The notes under the pieces were generated by a model. That model worked only from the letters and a program-made list of their open reading frames with translations, made no database searches and was not told where the DNA came from. From NCBI RefSeq assembly GCF_036321535.1, contig NC_087437.1:8184001-8248000 (forward strand): a stretch of 64,000 nucleotides of DNA, written 5' to 3'. The DNA comes from Camelus dromedarius. Lineage: Eukaryota. Of this stretch, positions 63,199 to 64,000 are shown one piece after another. Made by a program: the position numbers and the translations under genes. Position 1 is the stretch's first letter, and every line of letters starts with the position of its first letter.

Positions 63199-64000
63199 CG
63201 TGAGCCTTGCCCACCGGCCCTTTGGAAGCGGGTAGCTTCTGTTAGCCATCGTCTCTCTCTCAGGCTTCCTGTGTGTATGAGAAGGTCGCAGCATCAGCCT
63301 CCCTTAGCCTGGTGCTCCGTCTAGTTTGAAGTGTTAATTCTGTCCTCAGCTGGAGAGGATTTCAGTACTTATAGAGCAAAAAAAAGTAGGCAGTGTGATC
63401 TTCTCAGGAAGTTACTGCACTCGAGTGACCTTCCGAGAAAAGGAAATAGAGAACATTGATCTCACAAAAGAAATAAACACACCGATGATTACATCACTGT
63501 GTTGATTTGTCTGGTGTCTCAGAGAACGTCCGTTCTGATTTCTGAAGCTGCCAGAAGGAAAGGGCAAAGGAAAGATGCCAGAAGTCACAGAGCCATCTTT
63601 GCTCATAAGGTGCCTTTTCACAACTGGTCGCTGAGTGGTGCCCTTTAGAATTGCTTCGGGAAATATGACGTAATAAAGATCTGCTCCGACTGGGCTTGAC
63701 CTGTGCTTGGTATGATTGGGAAATCCTATTATCCTATAGCAATTAACGTTGAAGAACAGAATCTTCTTCCTTAGTTAGCTGAGCAGATTGTCCCCATTCT
63801 GAGCTTGTAAACACACATGAATGCCCAAAGGCAGAAAAAGCCTTTCTCAAGGAAAAGCCAGCTTAGTTCCCTTTTAAATTTCTTAACAAGCTATGAATAC
63901 AAATACCCTTATTTGACAATATATAACCAGGAATGGAAAGAAAAGGGACATATCCCTTGACCTGATGAATCTGAGCCACAAATTTCACCGAAATATAAAT

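Overview
Eukaryotic (mammalian) genomic DNA, most likely a camelid: there are abundant tRNA-Ala-derived SINEs and artiodactyl-type L1 3' ends, and I saw no Alu, BovB/Bov-A, PRE-1 or Can-SINE. The window covers the divergent PP2D1 / KAT2B (PCAF) locus. It holds a large PP2D1 coding exon on the minus strand (6592-7652) with a candidate short first exon near 19.6 kb. It also holds the KAT2B CpG-island promoter with coding exon 1 (28853-29146), a 32.5-kb intron, and exon 2 (61700-61826). The rest is intronic/intergenic DNA full of L1, SINE, LTR and hAT fossils. Less obvious items: an MRPS21 processed pseudogene split by a 5'-inverted L1; a full-length U6 retrocopy; an orphan CpG island with outward-facing splice donors inside the probable PP2D1 intron 1; a convergent inverted pair of L1s with an unusual 3' UTR; a MIR-derived minisatellite; and a C2H2-like motif plus altered PP2C motif 1 in PP2D1. 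I found no convincing wholly new biological system; the best novelty candidates are regulatory or transcript-structure hypotheses. Repeat boundaries and family names were assigned by eye from recalled consensus sequences and are approximate.
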